Assembly: GCA_030627035.1 (NCBI GenBank)
Contig: DAOUSU010000001.1
Coordinates: forward strand, 1-41,325
From: Hadesarchaea archaeon
Lineage (GTDB): Archaea > Hadarchaeota > Hadarchaeia > Hadarchaeales > Hadarchaeaceae
Length of the DNA: 41,325 bases
Direction of reading: 5' to 3'
Positions 17,518 through 24,930 of this stretch are shown here, piece after piece. The stretch's first letter is position 1. Each line of letters begins with the position of its first letter. The notes below the pieces were generated by a model. That model ran no database searches and was not told the origin of the DNA. It saw only the letters and a list, made by a program, of their open reading frames with translations. Made by a program: the position numbers and the translations under genes.

Positions 17518-18531
17518 CTATTTCCCCCGCACAACCTCCACATTTCTTAAGGAATCCGCATATCTTTTGTACCAAGGGGTGGCGTTTTTGTCGACGATCT
17601 CAGCCAGTTCGTTTAGCCTTTTGACCCCCACGGTCGATAGGGAAGCGTCTATATCCTCGCTCGCCACGGATTCCTTCCAAATCGCCCTGCCACCAAGAAA
17701 TCCAGACGCGCCGCTCTCCACAGCGTACTTGACGTTCATTTTGAACTCGTCGTAGTCGACTCCAGCACTCAGGACTACCCACGGCGCCCGGCTTGCCTCA
17801 TTCAGCCCTTTGCACGCCTCGACTGGGTCCTGTCCCAGCTCCTCCGCGTACTTTAAGTTCAGGGGAAACTCCGCTTTCAGGACATCGACGCAGTACTCCG
17901 GCTTGGTCAATTCCCTCGCGGTCTCTATCACGAGGTCCGGTTTGATCTTGGAAAATTCCTTTGGGTTCTTCTTCTTGTGGGGCCCGCCCTCTAATGAGTG
18001 AGACATCGGCTCAAGTAAAAACGGAATATCGTACTTCACACATGCCCTGCCGACCGCTTTTACAACTGATTCCTGATACCCGCGGGTCGGGCTGTCCATG
18101 CGATGATAAACAAGCATCTTGGCTGCAGCCGCCCCTCTTTCTTTTATTTTCCGCACGGCAGCGTCGGCGTCTAGGCCCCCAAATATCTGAACTTTCGGCG
18201 CGAACTCCCCCTGGCCGCCGTAACCTGTGGCCTCCACGCTCATCAGGACCCCGACATCAGCGCGGATATCGCATTTCTTTATGAAGTCCTTTTCGTAGGA
18301 GTACTCCGGATCGATCAAAATTCCGCTCGCCCTGCCTTCACTTTTCTTTCCGGCCAAGTTTCTTATGAGTGAAATCTTTACCCTCTTTAGGTCATCGGGG
18401 GTCACGCTTTTCGGATCCTCTGGATTTATCATGCGCTTTAAGGATCCGCGTTGGTCCGTTGCCACAATCGTAAACAGGGCCTTGGGATCGGAGATGTGCA
18501 TCAATCCCTCGAACTTTCCGTTGGTTATCAT
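17518..18531 (-). CDS. Class I aldolase of the LacD / tagatose-1,6-bisphosphate aldolase family
   Basis: 337 aa. FTIVATDQRGSLKRMI and VDVLKAEFP (Schiff-base Lys context). Its stop abuts the pfp start. Confidence 0.7.
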   Translation of the reverse strand: MITNGKFEGLMHISDPKALFTIVATDQRGSLKRMINPEDPKSVTPDDLKRVKISLIRNLAGKKSEGRASGILIDPEYSYEKDFIKKCDIRADVGVLMSVEATGYGGQGEFAPKVQIFGGLDADAAVRKIKERGAAAAKMLVYHRMDSPTRGYQESVVKAVGRACVKYDIPFLLEPMSHSLEGGPHKKKNPKEFSKIKPDLVIETARELTKPEYCVDVLKAEFPLNLKYAEELGQDPVEACKGLNEASRAPWVVLSAGVDYDEFKMNVKYAVESGASGFLGGRAIWKESVASEDIDASLSTVGVKRLNELAEIVDKNATPWYKRYADSLRNVEVVRGK

Positions 18532-18633
18532 GCTTTCCTCCCCAAAACTTTTTCTTATCTTACTGAACTACCAACTACCTCAAACCCAGCTTTCTCTTCA
18601 ACTTCTCTATAAATCCCAACTCTTAAGATGGGG

Positions 18634-19464
18634 TCACGCGAACATCCCCAAGCTGGGTTGCGTGATGGGGCGCTTTACCTCAATTTTCTTGTCGATGTCG
18701 ATGCGCAGGCCAGCGTAGCCGGGTACCGTTTCAACGCCGGTTTCGGCCTTGATTCGCGCGGCTTCCTCCCCCGGCTTGTGCCTGAGGAAGAGCATGCCCA
18801 TGTGCAGCATTATCGCGAGCTCCGGTTTGACCCGCTTCAAAAGCGCGATGAGGTCATCCGAACAAAGATGCCATTTTATCCTCATGTTGAGTGGCCTCGT
18901 GATGTTCGCTATGAGTACCCGGCTGCCTTCAAAGCTTTTTGCAAGCCCATCGAAATATTGAGTGTCGCACGTGTAGCCGATTAAGCCCTCGCCGGTGCGA
19001 AACTTCAGCCCAAACGTAGCGGGGTCGCTATGCTGTGTCGGCGTGGCCTCGAGCTTGATCTCACCCAGCTCATAGCTTCCTCCAGCCCTCAGACACACGA
19101 CCTTTGCGGGCTTGCTTTGATGATAGCGCGAGATGGCGGGACCGAATTTTCCAGCCCCGCGGAGCACGCTTTCGCTCCCTATCAGCACGCCGCGCTTGCG
19201 GGTCATGTGCTGGGTCATGGCCTCGATCAATACCTCTGCATCAGTATAATGGTCTGGGTGGGCATGCGTGGCCACGACGCAATCTAGGTCAAGGGGATCA
19301 AGCTCATGTTGGTGGGTGAGCAGAAGTGCCCCTGGGCCCGGGTCGACGTGTATCCTCGCTTGGGCATGCAGGCGAAATCCGCCGGTCTTGAAGTGCTGGT
19401 CGATGGTCTGATACCTCCCACCGCCGCAGCCTAGGAATATGAGCTCAACCGTGCAATCGCCAAT
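18634..19464 (-). CDS. MBL-fold metallo-hydrolase; start placed at an in-frame ATT
   Basis: ATHAHPDH (HxHxDH). The open frame continues 63 codons upstream of the track GTG (19275), encoding ...ELIFLGCGGGRYQTID...HVDPGPGALL.... It is bounded by TAG at 19471-19473 and contains no ATG/GTG/TTG. Confidence 0.7.
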   Translation of the reverse strand: MGDCTVELIFLGCGGGRYQTIDQHFKTGGFRLHAQARIHVDPGPGALLLTHQHELDPLDLDCVVATHAHPDHYTDAEVLIEAMTQHMTRKRGVLIGSESVLRGAGKFGPAISRYHQSKPAKVVCLRAGGSYELGEIKLEATPTQHSDPATFGLKFRTGEGLIGYTCDTQYFDGLAKSFEGSRVLIANITRPLNMRIKWHLCSDDLIALLKRVKPELAIMLHMGMLFLRHKPGEEAARIKAETGVETVPGYAGLRIDIDKKIEVKRPITQPSLGMFA

Positions 19465-19526
19465 TTTGTACTATTACGGCAGAAAACATAAATTCATCTA
19501 AAACTTGGAGTCCGTGTTCATCCCAA

Positions 19527-20543
19527 TTATACGGGATTCGGCAGGCGCTGGCCGATCTTCTTGAGCTCAGGCCTCGCCTCGAGCGCAATGCGTTTTAGAA
19601 CGTCTTTCGCTTTTTTGTCCTTTGCGACCCGTGCGGACTCTTTGGTGAACTTCAACACGTCTCCGAGGTGGCGTTCTGGCTTGAAATTCCGATCGCCCCA
19701 GTCGAAGATCGCGCAGATGTTGCCGGGCAGAAATCCTGTTTCATAATCGCCATAGAACTTGTTCACTCGCGCCTTCGTTTCGTCCGGCAAGATCGCCTCG
19801 CCCTCCCGCCTGAAAAGTAGGTCGGTGCCGTTGTCGGCCAGCCCGAAAAGAGCTTCCGAGGCGAAGAGGTAAATCCGGAAATTCGGCCACCACTCGCGAA
19901 AGCGGTCCTCCCACTCGAGCAGGCGCGTGCACCCCTTGAACGAGCCCGCTATGCTGAACACGAACAATTTTCGCACATTGTAATCCCTCCTTCGGAGCTC
20001 GCTTCGCACCACATCAAGCGTATGACTAAGCGATACTCCCGTGGCGATCGTGTCGCCCGTAAAGATAACGCCGTCGTCGGGTAAAGCGTCGAAATTTGTG
20101 TAAAATATATTGGCGCCGAATTCCCCGCCTGAGATCCGAAAGCGCCTTGCGCCGACGAAGCACCGCGGCAGGTGGCGTTTGAAGAGTTGCTCGAACGCCA
20201 CGTCGAACTGATACCCCAAGCTCCCGCGCAGCACGACGATTTCGCTTAACTCCCGCATGCTCAGCTTTCGCAGCGAGGGCATCATTCCCCAAGTCGTTCG
20301 GAGGAATAGCTTGCTGCACTCGAGCGAGAGCTTTCGAAGCTCCTTGCCGCAGATCACCGGGTTATAAATGATCTTTTGGGACGGGAGCATGCAGATGATG
20401 TGCGTGTTTTTCGGTAGCTCGGGGTGGTTAACACTGTAAATATTTGCGCTAATTGGCAGGCCGATCTTATGCACGACCTCCAAGCCAGCCCCCCTGAGCC
20501 TTAACCTCCGCGCTTTATAAAGTTCGCTTTGCTCAGGCCACAA
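19527..20543 (-). CDS. Divergent uracil-phosphoribosyltransferase-family protein, function unknown
   Basis: 338 aa. VVLRGSLGY (cf. ILRAGLG), ARRFR, VIFTGDTIATGVS (PRPP-loop-like) and FDWGDRNF (cf. GLGDAGDR). It has extra N- and C-terminal segments. Confidence 0.5.
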   Translation of the reverse strand: MWPEQSELYKARRLRLRGAGLEVVHKIGLPISANIYSVNHPELPKNTHIICMLPSQKIIYNPVICGKELRKLSLECSKLFLRTTWGMMPSLRKLSMRELSEIVVLRGSLGYQFDVAFEQLFKRHLPRCFVGARRFRISGGEFGANIFYTNFDALPDDGVIFTGDTIATGVSLSHTLDVVRSELRRRDYNVRKLFVFSIAGSFKGCTRLLEWEDRFREWWPNFRIYLFASEALFGLADNGTDLLFRREGEAILPDETKARVNKFYGDYETGFLPGNICAIFDWGDRNFKPERHLGDVLKFTKESARVAKDKKAKDVLKRIALEARPELKKIGQRLPNPV

Positions 20544-20760
20544 TCATCGAGGTTTCCGTATACCTGACCCCAGGGATGCGTTGGATCTTGCTCACGATGG
20601 TCTCGCCGATCGCCTTCAGGTCGGCGGCCTCAACGCGCGCGACGATGTCAAATCTTCCAGTCGTCGCAGCGGCAAATTTGGTGCCTTCCATTTTTTTCAC
20701 CGATTCCAAGAGATCCAGCGCCTTGCCCGGGTCGGTCCGGATGTACACGATCGCTTGCAT
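20533..20760 (-). CDS. Stand-alone Lrp/AsnC ligand-binding (RAM) domain protein, 75 aa
   Basis: MQAIVYIRTDPGKALDLLESVKKMEG...DIVARVEAADLKAIGETIVSKIQRIPGV. GGAGG lies upstream. The longer track ORF (to 20847) runs through tRNA-Ala and is rejected. Confidence 0.7.
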   Translation of the reverse strand: MQAIVYIRTDPGKALDLLESVKKMEGTKFAAATTGRFDIVARVEAADLKAIGETIVSKIQRIPGVRYTETSMIVA

Positions 20761-20778
20761 TTCCAACCTCCTTTTTTG

Positions 20779-20853
20779 TGGTGGACCGGGCGGGATTCGA
20801 ACCCGCGACCTCTCGCTTGCGAAGCGAGCGCGATACCACTTCGCCACCGGCCC
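20779..20853 (-). tRNA. tRNA-Ala(CGC), CCA encoded
   Basis: GGGCCGGTGGCGAAGTGGTATCGCGCTCGCTTCGCAAGCGAGAGGTCGCGGGTTCGAATCCCGCCCGGTCCACCA. Full cloverleaf, G3:U70, anticodon loop TTCGCAA. Confidence 0.92.
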
Positions 20854-20983
20854 CCAATATCAACTTTGTATTTGGTTTAATTACTCTTCCCGCTTGAACA
20901 ATTTGAGCTTCAGCGCGAGAAAAGCCAAACGCATATTTTAATTTCTCAGCTTGGGCACGGGTTGTCTGTCAACTCAATACCTC

Positions 20984-21262
20984 TCAAGCATCAATGATTT
21001 TACCTAGTCTTTTCGACCCCATAGTGAGATAGGGCACCGCATAACAAATTCCTCCAAATAAAAACCAAAGACCAAAAATAAGCAAGTTTGATGTTGGTTG
21101 AAGGTAGGAGAGCCAGATAGCGATGCTCAAACAAATTAACCCAAAGAAGATGAACCCATGGCTAATCGTCCATTCTTTTCTGGAGAGTATTTTGGGCGTG
21201 TTTTCCCCTATTCGTGAGTACCCGCGCTCGCTTCTCATCTCAAGATACTGCCACACCCCCAT
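20984..21262 (-). CDS. Hypothetical small membrane protein (2 TM)
   Basis: 92 aa with two hydrophobic stretches (FIFFGLICLSIAIWLSYL, LLIFGLWFLFGGICYAVPYL). It lies in an AT-rich segment, and no homology was recognised. Confidence 0.35.
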   Translation of the reverse strand: MGVWQYLEMRSERGYSRIGENTPKILSRKEWTISHGFIFFGLICLSIAIWLSYLQPTSNLLIFGLWFLFGGICYAVPYLTMGSKRLGKIIDA

Positions 21263-21382
21263 ATTATTTAAGCCATCTCGCTTATTGAACTAGGAACACG
21301 ACGGGCTTTTCTCAGGAAAAGCGTGCGGAAACAGCTGGGCTGTTTCTTGAGTTGTGTTCGAAAAAAAAGGAGTGTTAGGAAA

Positions 21383-21568
21383 ATGGCATACGGCGGAAAG
21401 TTTGGTGGCAGAAGGGACTTTGGCCCTCGCCAGATGTTTAAGGCGACATGCTCCGACTGTGGCAAGGAGTGCGAGGTTCCCTTCAAGCCGACCGAAGGCA
21501 GACCTGTTTATTGCAGGGAGTGCTTCCAGAAGCACCGAGCAGAGAGAAGAGGCCCACCACGCTATTAG
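21383..21568 (+). CDS. CxxC-x17-CxxC zinc-ribbon protein with RGG-like N-terminus
   Basis: MAYGGKFGGRRDFGPRQMFKATCSDCGKECEVPFKPTEGRPVYCRECFQKHR. AGGAG lies upstream of the internal ATG. Confidence 0.6.
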   Translation: MAYGGKFGGRRDFGPRQMFKATCSDCGKECEVPFKPTEGRPVYCRECFQKHRAERRGPPRY

Positions 21569-21671
21569 CTGGGTAGATTTTAGGGGCTGCTCTTGTTTGG
21601 TTAGCGGTAGCTATAGGTTTTCGATGCTGGTTAGAAAACTTAAAAAACATCTGTGGGGAAGAATTGCTTTA

Positions 21672-21779
21672 GGGCCCGTAGCTTAGCTTGGTTAGAGCGC
21701 TCGGCTGATAACTGCTGGGCAGCCACCGGGAGTGAAATGCCGGTACAGGTCCGGGGTTCGAATCCCCGCGGGCCCACCA
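21672..21779 (+). tRNA. tRNA-Ile(GAU), CCA encoded, 108 nt; two short introns inferred
   Basis: Removing 21711-21724 (14 nt, position 37/38) and about 21733-21748 (16 nt, variable loop) gives GGGCCCG TA GCTT AGCTTGGTTA GAGC G CTCGG CTGATAA CCGGG AGGTC CGGGG TTCGAAT CCCCG CGGGCCC A CCA. Confidence 0.8.
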
Positions 21780-21802
21780 TCTAACCTAAGGATGACATAG
21801 CC

Positions 21803-22600
21803 ATGTCGCTCGAGGAAAAACTCAAGCACCTCAAATCGATTATCCAAAGTTGCGAGAGCGCGGTCATAGCTTTTTCCGGCGGCGCCGATTCTTCCCTCGT
21901 CTGTGCGGTGGCGCATGAGCTCGTGGGCGAGAGAGCCGTTGCGGTGACCGCCGTGTCCCCAACCTATCCGCCGGATGAATTGGAGGTAACAAAAGAGGTC
22001 GCGAAAAAAATAGGTATCACGCATCTGACACTAACGACGAATGAACTTGAGGATCCAAATTTCATATCTAATCCGCCCGACCGATGCTATTATTGCAAAA
22101 GGGAGTTATTCCAAAAACTGGACGGGATCCGAAAAAAACTTGGGTTTAAGAAAATTTTGGATGGAACAAATTTTGACGACATATCTGCCTTTAGACCGGG
22201 GCTCCGCGCGCTCAAGGAATTTGAAGTGGCGAGCCCGCTTGCGGAGGCAGGTCTTGCAAAGGAAGAGGTTCGGAGGCTGGCTGCTAATTATCGCCTTCCA
22301 AATGCCGATAAGCCTGCATCGCCCTGCTTGGCCACCCGGATACCCTTCGGGCAAACAATCACCCTGGAGAAGCTCGAGCGGGTGGCGAGGGCCGAAAGCT
22401 CCGTCCGCTCCATCGGTTTTCGCGTCGTGCGGGTGCGCGATCATAACGGCTTGGGAGTGGTGGAGATCGATAGGAGCGAGTTGGCAAGGGCGAAAGAGCT
22501 TGAGGGCAAAATCATTGCTGCAGTAAAGAAGACAGGTTATGCATCAGCCATGCTTGATCGACGTGGATATCGCGAGGGAGGAGGGGACCGTTTAGTTTAA
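21803..22600 (+). CDS. LarE-like PP-loop ATP pyrophosphatase (COG1606) with three-Cys signature
   Basis: 265 aa. AFSGGADSS PP-loop, DRCYYCKREL (CxxC) and PASPCLATRIP. It starts 24 nt after tRNA-Ile. Confidence 0.7.
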   Translation: MSLEEKLKHLKSIIQSCESAVIAFSGGADSSLVCAVAHELVGERAVAVTAVSPTYPPDELEVTKEVAKKIGITHLTLTTNELEDPNFISNPPDRCYYCKRELFQKLDGIRKKLGFKKILDGTNFDDISAFRPGLRALKEFEVASPLAEAGLAKEEVRRLAANYRLPNADKPASPCLATRIPFGQTITLEKLERVARAESSVRSIGFRVVRVRDHNGLGVVEIDRSELARAKELEGKIIAAVKKTGYASAMLDRRGYREGGGDRLV

Positions 22601-22634
22601 AAGTTCGGGCATAATTATCAAAGAAGGTGAGAAG

Positions 22635-23420
22635 TTGAAGCTCAAAGATACGAAGGTCACGACCTCAATCATCAAACGTTTTTCACAGGATCTCTTAGAC
22701 CTGACCGAGCTTGATGTGGCCGTTGTCGGCGCTGGCCCATCTGGCTTAACCGCAGCCCGTTATCTAGCCAAAGCTAACGTTAAAGTCGCAGTGTTTGAGC
22801 GAAATCTTCACGTAGGGGGAGGTCTATGGGGTGGTGGGATCCTCTTTCCACGCGTAGTGGTGCAAGAATCGGCTAAGGGCATCTTTGAGGAGATCGGCAT
22901 CGAACTGAAGTCCACGAACGGTGGCTATTACACGGTCGATTCGGTCGAAGCTGTGTCGAAGTGTACCGCGAGCGCTATCGATGCCGGCGCCAGCATCGTG
23001 GTTGGATTCAACGTTGAGGATGTTTTAATCCGCGAGGGGGACCGTGTATCTGGGGTCGTTATCAATTGGGCCGCCGTCGAGTTGGCCAAGCTGCATGTCG
23101 ATCCAGTTGGGGTTCGGGCAAAAGTGGTTATAGATGCCACGGGACATGAAGCATCTATCGCGCGGATCGTACAAAGGAAAATACCGGGGGCAAAGTTTCC
23201 GACGAGCACGGGTGGCGTGGTTGGCGAGAAACCGATGTGGGCCGAGGTAGGAGAAAGGGAGATCGTGCGCAACACGCGAGAAATTTATCCTGGATTGATC
23301 GTGACGGGCATGGCAGTAAACGCGGTGTTCGGCTTGCCGCGCATGGGCCCCATTTTTGGGGGCATGCTTTTCTCGGGTAAAAGAGCAGCCGAGATTGCGC
23401 TGAAAAAAATTCGCATATGA
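22635..23420 (+). CDS. thi4: Thiamine thiazole synthase Thi4 (archaeal type)
   Basis: 261 aa, TTG start. VAVVGAGPSGLTAARYLAK, GGGLWGGG and VIDATGHEAS are close to methanogen Thi4. Confidence 0.88.
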   Translation: MKLKDTKVTTSIIKRFSQDLLDLTELDVAVVGAGPSGLTAARYLAKANVKVAVFERNLHVGGGLWGGGILFPRVVVQESAKGIFEEIGIELKSTNGGYYTVDSVEAVSKCTASAIDAGASIVVGFNVEDVLIREGDRVSGVVINWAAVELAKLHVDPVGVRAKVVIDATGHEASIARIVQRKIPGAKFPTSTGGVVGEKPMWAEVGEREIVRNTREIYPGLIVTGMAVNAVFGLPRMGPIFGGMLFSGKRAAEIALKKIRI

Positions 23421-23423
23421 TCA

Positions 23424-24107
23424 TCACCTCAAGTTTTTATACTTTGCTAGGAAGTCTTGGTAATCCTCTTCAAAAGTATGAACCTCTATCGCCCGATCGA
23501 GGTTTTCTTGAATAATCCCGTCAAGGTGCAGCCGTTTCGATAACTCGTCGACAAGGCTAGCGTCGGCTCTTGTCCGCGGATGTCGCGGTACCGCGCTACA
23601 CCCGCCCGCATGGCGCTGCTGCCAAATTCCCATCTTCTTTGACATTTTTTCGATATCCAGCTTGTCGAGCCCGAGCAACGGCCTCAAGATCGGAAATTTT
23701 ATCCCGCTTGAAGTTGCCGCTAGGTTGCTCAGGGTCTGCGTTGCCTTTTGTCCGAGTGATTCCCCGGTTACGATGCCCGTGGCCCCTTCCCGCTCGCACA
23801 CGAGTTCGGCGGCCTTGAGCATCCCCCGCCTACAGACAAGGCAGGTGTACTCTCTGCGCCCGATCTCCCTGAGAATCGTGTCCAGAACTTTGGTCCAAGG
23901 ACAGATGAAAGCCTTTTTGAACTTCGCGATTGGCTTGAGCTTCTTTAAGGCATCTATCGTGAGCGTCAGCATTTCTGCCTTGGTGTGGGGGTGGGTGCAG
24001 AGGTGAAGCGGGAGGACATCGAATTTGCGGGCGATCAGGGCACATGCGACCGGAGAATCTATTCCGCCAGATACTAGGCACACGACTCTTTCGCGCACGT
24101 CGACCAC
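23424..24107 (-). CDS. ThiI-like PP-loop sulfurtransferase domain only (no THUMP/NFLD)
   Basis: CLVSGGIDSP PP-loop, YTCLVCRR (CxxC) and AGGCSAVP. The start is set at GTG 24107 because the track ORF N-terminus (to 24221) is antisense to tRNA-Cys. The exact start is uncertain. Confidence 0.65.
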   Translation of the reverse strand: MVDVRERVVCLVSGGIDSPVACALIARKFDVLPLHLCTHPHTKAEMLTLTIDALKKLKPIAKFKKAFICPWTKVLDTILREIGRREYTCLVCRRGMLKAAELVCEREGATGIVTGESLGQKATQTLSNLAATSSGIKFPILRPLLGLDKLDIEKMSKKMGIWQQRHAGGCSAVPRHPRTRADASLVDELSKRLHLDGIIQENLDRAIEVHTFEEDYQDFLAKYKNLR

Positions 24108-24143
24108 AGATGTTTTATCCGCGTTTCGGTAAAAGGAGATTGT

Positions 24144-24217
24144 GCCGGGGTGGCCCAACCTGGAAAGGCGGCGGGTTGCAGACCCGCTTTTTGCCGGTTC
24201 AAATCCGGCCCCCGGCT
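24144..24217 (+). tRNA. tRNA-Cys(GCA), no encoded CCA
   Basis: GCCGGGG TG GCCC AACCTGGAAA GGC G GCGGG TTGCAGA CCCGC TTTTT GCCGG TTCAAAT CCGGC CCCCGGC T. Confidence 0.88.
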
Positions 24218-24390
24218 TCATACCAAAGGCATAAAATCATTTTTAAAACGACTTCACTCTTCCCGTTCCTCCAACTGTCTTTCCTTTAGGATTTAATCCT
24301 AGCTTCTCTTTATCCACAGGAGCTTCATCCCAATGTGAAGAACGATTCATCGGTGAAGAATGAGAGGAGTATCACAGGGCTTTCGATTGC

Positions 24391-24675
24391 TTAGCCACCG
24401 CCAACCGGTGGGAATATTGCAACAACATCGTTATCGCTTAGGGAGGTGTCAAGCCCCTTGAGCAATTTTATACTGCGGCCGTTCACCAGCACAAACACCC
24501 AATCTCGTAATCTCGATGTGTTGGGCTCGTAGAACTCTTTGGCCAATTTAGACCCAAACTTCTCAACCAGCGCGTTGAGCAATACCCCCACATTTTTAGC
24601 AGTCGGGAGCTTGATCTCTTTTACTCCCGTTGCCTCGCGGAAGTTAGCAAAGAACCTTACGGTGATTGACATCAA
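24391..24675 (-). CDS. MoaD/ThiS-family ubiquitin-like sulfur carrier (SAMP-like), C-terminal GGG
   Basis: 94 aa. ITVRFFANFREATG...VLVNGR...DNDVVAIFPPVGGG*. Confidence 0.75.
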   Translation of the reverse strand: MMSITVRFFANFREATGVKEIKLPTAKNVGVLLNALVEKFGSKLAKEFYEPNTSRLRDWVFVLVNGRSIKLLKGLDTSLSDNDVVAIFPPVGGG

Positions 24676-24701
24676 ACCACATTATTAACCGCATATTTAT
24701 A

Positions 24702-24914
24702 CTATTTTTTCACGCCTTTGTTCAAGTCCTTGAGCAAGCTCTCGATGTCGATACCGTACATTTTGGCAACTTCCCCAACTTTTAGCGTACTCATTTCATA
24801 AGCGGCCATCGGGCAATGCAAACAAGGCAAGTTGTGTCGTGCAAGTGCATTCATTGCTTCGGGATGTTTTAAGACCTCAGCCAAAGTTGTATCTTTTGTG
24901 ATTTCATTTCGCAT
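24702..24914 (-). CDS. DUF1858 / hybrid-cluster-protein-associated redox-disulfide domain protein
   Basis: 70 aa. ITKDTTLAEVLKHPEAMNALARHNLPCLHCPMAAYEMSTL...GIDIESLLKDLN. Confidence 0.7.
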   Translation of the reverse strand: MRNEITKDTTLAEVLKHPEAMNALARHNLPCLHCPMAAYEMSTLKVGEVAKMYGIDIESLLKDLNKGVKK

Positions 24915-24930
24915 GTTCTCCCCCCCATCC

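Noticed and set aside
20761-20847. N-terminal extension (MAKWYRARFASERSRVRIPPGPP...) of ORF 20533..20847
   Set aside because: It runs through tRNA-Ala on the same strand. The internal ATG at 20760 has a GGAGG and yields a complete 75-aa RAM domain.
21692-22024. 110-aa minus-strand ORF
   Set aside because: It overlaps tRNA-Ile antisense (PAGIRTPDL peptide) and the 5' part of the LarE-like gene.
22601-22634. TPP riboswitch upstream of thi4 (also checked 2250-2411 near thiDN)
   Set aside because: The spacers are too short or lack the conserved CTGAGA ... ACCTGATCTGGATAATGCCAGCG-type elements.
24108-24221. N-terminal 38 codons (MKPGAGFEPAKSG...) of the track ORF 23424..24221
   Set aside because: This part is the reverse complement of tRNA-Cys (24144-24217). 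GFEP/GIRTRD-type peptides are classic tRNA antisense artefacts. The CDS was trimmed to GTG 24107.
24243-24350. 35-codon minus-strand ORF (MNRSSHWDEAPVDKEKLGLNPKGKTVGGTGRVKSF) between tRNA-Cys and the MoaD-like gene
   Set aside because: No ribosome-binding site, no recognisable motif, and a length compatible with chance in a 170-nt spacer.
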